From: a virus
Taxonomy: Duplodnaviria > Caudoviricetes
Length of the DNA: 47,702 nucleotides
Virus record (IMG/VR): IMGVR_UViG_3300034341_000353
Coordinates: 1-47,702 of that record
Direction: 5' to 3' (one strand)
Under the pieces are notes generated by a model. That model was not told the DNA's origin and made no database searches. It saw only the letters and a list, made by a program, of their open reading frames with translations. A program made the position numbers and the translations under genes. Shown one piece after another: positions 46,126 to 47,702 of this stretch (position 1 is the first letter of the stretch; the number at the start of each line of letters is the position of its first letter).

Positions 46126-46291
46126 AAACTTTTATATTGTATCTATCCATTAATTCTTTTAATTCTTTAAATTTAATCTTTCCGCGAACTTCCCAACTCC
46201 ACTTAACAAACTTATCAATCTGTCGTTCAGCGTACTTTTGCTTGGCTATCCTTTTCGCTTGTTGAGGATTAACCTTATTGTCTCGTCGCAT
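46112..46291 (-). CDS. Hypothetical 59-aa protein (not in ORF track)
   Basis: MRRDNKVNPQQAKRIAKQKYAERQIDKFVKWSWEVRGK...; fills the gap between neighbours. Confidence 0.5.
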   Translation of the reverse strand: MRRDNKVNPQQAKRIAKQKYAERQIDKFVKWSWEVRGKIKFKELKELMDRYNIKVYGGN

Positions 46292-46704
46292 TCCTTTTGA
46301 TTTTGTGGTTTATATAATGTAATCGAAGGGAATTGATTCATAACTAAACGTTTAAATAGTTTCCAACGCATAGGAAATGATTCATTAGCTCTACCTTTTG
46401 TTTCTATAATAAAATCCTCTCCAATAAAATCGGGTGTGTATTTAATAGGTAGGATTCTTTTTTGTCCTCTATTCTTATAATCACCTTTACCATTAGATTG
46501 TCTTTCGTAAACTTCATTGTCAAAATGAAAGCCACTTAATAAAACAAAAGTTTCTCCTTCGTATTTAGCTTTGATCTTTTCTTTTTTAAGAGCCATATAC
46601 ATATACCTCTCAAGACCCGAAGCGAAGTTAATCCCGTCATAAGTAACTTTTTTACTTACAACAGGACCACGCTTCTTTTTTCTTTTATAAGGTCTCCTCT
46701 TCAT
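46246..46704 (-). CDS. PD-(D/E)xK endonuclease (T7 endonuclease I / DUF1064-like)
   Basis: FASGLE...YE...KYTPDF...IIETKG. Confidence 0.8.
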   Translation of the reverse strand: MKRRPYKRKKKRGPVVSKKVTYDGINFASGLERYMYMALKKEKIKAKYEGETFVLLSGFHFDNEVYERQSNGKGDYKNRGQKRILPIKYTPDFIGEDFIIETKGRANESFPMRWKLFKRLVMNQFPSITLYKPQNQKECDETIRLILNKRKG

Positions 46705-46948
46705 GAACTTCGTAGTTTTTTAATAATGCTTCTTGAAGTTCCTCAGTAGTTGATTCTTTTAACTTTTGAAGATACAATACAGCATCCATTAATTCTTCTT
46801 GTAAATGATTAACCCAAGCAAATATATTTGACTTGTCATCTTCGAGTGTTACGCCATACTTTTCAAAGCCTACATCAGATCTTGATACAAACTTGTCTAC
46901 AACGCGTTCTACAACTGGGTCTCTGAATTCTATTTGTTTTTTGCTCAT
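46685..46948 (-). CDS. Small all-alpha NTP-pyrophosphatase-like protein
   Basis: GFEKYGVTL...HLQEELMDAVLY (EExxD). Confidence 0.5.
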   Translation of the reverse strand: MSKKQIEFRDPVVERVVDKFVSRSDVGFEKYGVTLEDDKSNIFAWVNHLQEELMDAVLYLQKLKESTTEELQEALLKNYEVHEEETL

Positions 46949-47702
46949 AGTGTTTCTTTTACAAATGTTCCGTTAATCATTTTACCCTTACGTCTAGCTA
47001 TTACGTTGTAAGCGGTGTCAATACAGTCTTCTATCTTTAACCCTTCTAGCTCAGCTAGATTAGTTAAGACTACAGTAATATCCCCAATAGCATCAACAAT
47101 CTCTGCTTTGTCATTGTTTAATAAAGCTTTAGCTAGCTCACCTGCTTCTTCCATAAGTTTTACATACTGTGTGGTAGAATTACCTTTAGCATATATACCT
47201 TTATCTTTAGCCCAAAATCTTATAAGATCAAACCTATCTGGTATTGAGTTAGGATCGTGTACAGGATTAAAAAAGGCTTCATAGAAAGCCTTGTTATATA
47301 TGTAGCTTCGATTGTTATTGTACATCGAGGTTTTAGCATTCTGCATTATCCAGGGTATGTGTTCTTTTTGTAATTTAAACTTAAACTCTGGGGTTTCCCA
47401 TTCTATTCCTAAGTTATCTGAAAGGTTACCCTTTAGCTTATTTAGTGGAACAGGAAACGTACTTGTTTGTTCTGTTGGATTTATTTTCATATTTGATTTG
47501 AATAAATTTTTATATAGTGTCCGATCTCTTTTATAGCCATAAGACTTTTGAAGTTCTATTTCCTTGTTAGATATAAAATCAATATCATCACTTGTAAATA
47601 AAACTTCGTATTCCCCTGGAGCATAACCTTGTTGTTCCGTAACTCTCTTATTAAGATTACGTGTAACTCCAATTTTTTTACCAGGAATGTGATAAATTTT
47701 AT
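46945..47702 (-). CDS. MazG-family NTP pyrophosphohydrolase with N-terminal GIY-YIG-like domain (5' end outside the window)
   Basis: C-terminal KLMEEAGELA...DAIGD. The frame is open 70 codons upstream of ATG 47490 and reads KIYHIPGKKIGVTRNLNKRV...EIELQKSYGY. Confidence 0.7.
   Translation of the reverse strand, partial: KIYHIPGKKIGVTRNLNKRVTEQQGYAPGEYEVLFTSDDIDFISNKEIELQKSYGYKRDRTLYKNLFKSNMKINPTEQTSTFPVPLNKLKGNLSDNLGIEWETPEFKFKLQKEHIPWIMQNAKTSMYNNNRSYIYNKAFYEAFFNPVHDPNSIPDRFDLIRFWAKDKGIYAKGNSTTQYVKLMEEAGELAKALLNNDKAEIVDAIGDITVVLTNLAELEGLKIEDCIDTAYNVIARRKGKMINGTFVKETL

Noticed and set aside
1-47702. Stop-codon reassignment as in some crAss-like phages
   Set aside because: Core genes are intact and densely packed under the standard code, and TAG and TGA both serve as ordinary stops.

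Overview
This window is most of the virion-morphogenesis arm (+ strand, ~370-42980) and the end of the converging nucleotide-metabolism arm (- strand, 43024-47702) of an AT-rich tailed dsDNA phage. It is most likely a podovirus-type phage of marine Flavobacteria/Bacteroidetes, inferred from A-rich leaders without Shine-Dalgarno motifs, a crAss/Cellulophaga-phage-like head-tail gene set and an NrdB resembling the Flavobacterium type. Gene order on +: GC-rich CCAGG repeat region, tail-fibre cluster, groEL-groES, a zincin protease followed by small basic proteins, 3TM holin, a second GroES-like protein, terminase, portal, scaffold, major capsid, tail ring and muzzle proteins, ejection proteins including a giant polyvalent protein interrupted at 39.6 kb, and a lysis cassette. 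On -: nrdA/nrdB, an endonuclease and MazG-like genes. The signals the annotation does not explain are: (1) two GC-rich, highly structured intergenic RNA-like elements (1334-1621, 6009-6234) that share short motifs; (2) unrelated small basic proteins sharing an N-terminal P-[IV]-T-x-[RK] / SP-x-K tag next to an HExxH protease, a candidate capsid cargo-addressing and processing system; (3) a giant protein with zincin, sigma-like and HAD domains separated by five [KQ]FSK motifs; (4) a possible daisy-chained tail-fibre architecture; (5) a very short lipoprotein-plus-TM spanin candidate. All calls are from motif recognition by eye; no searches or folding programs were run.
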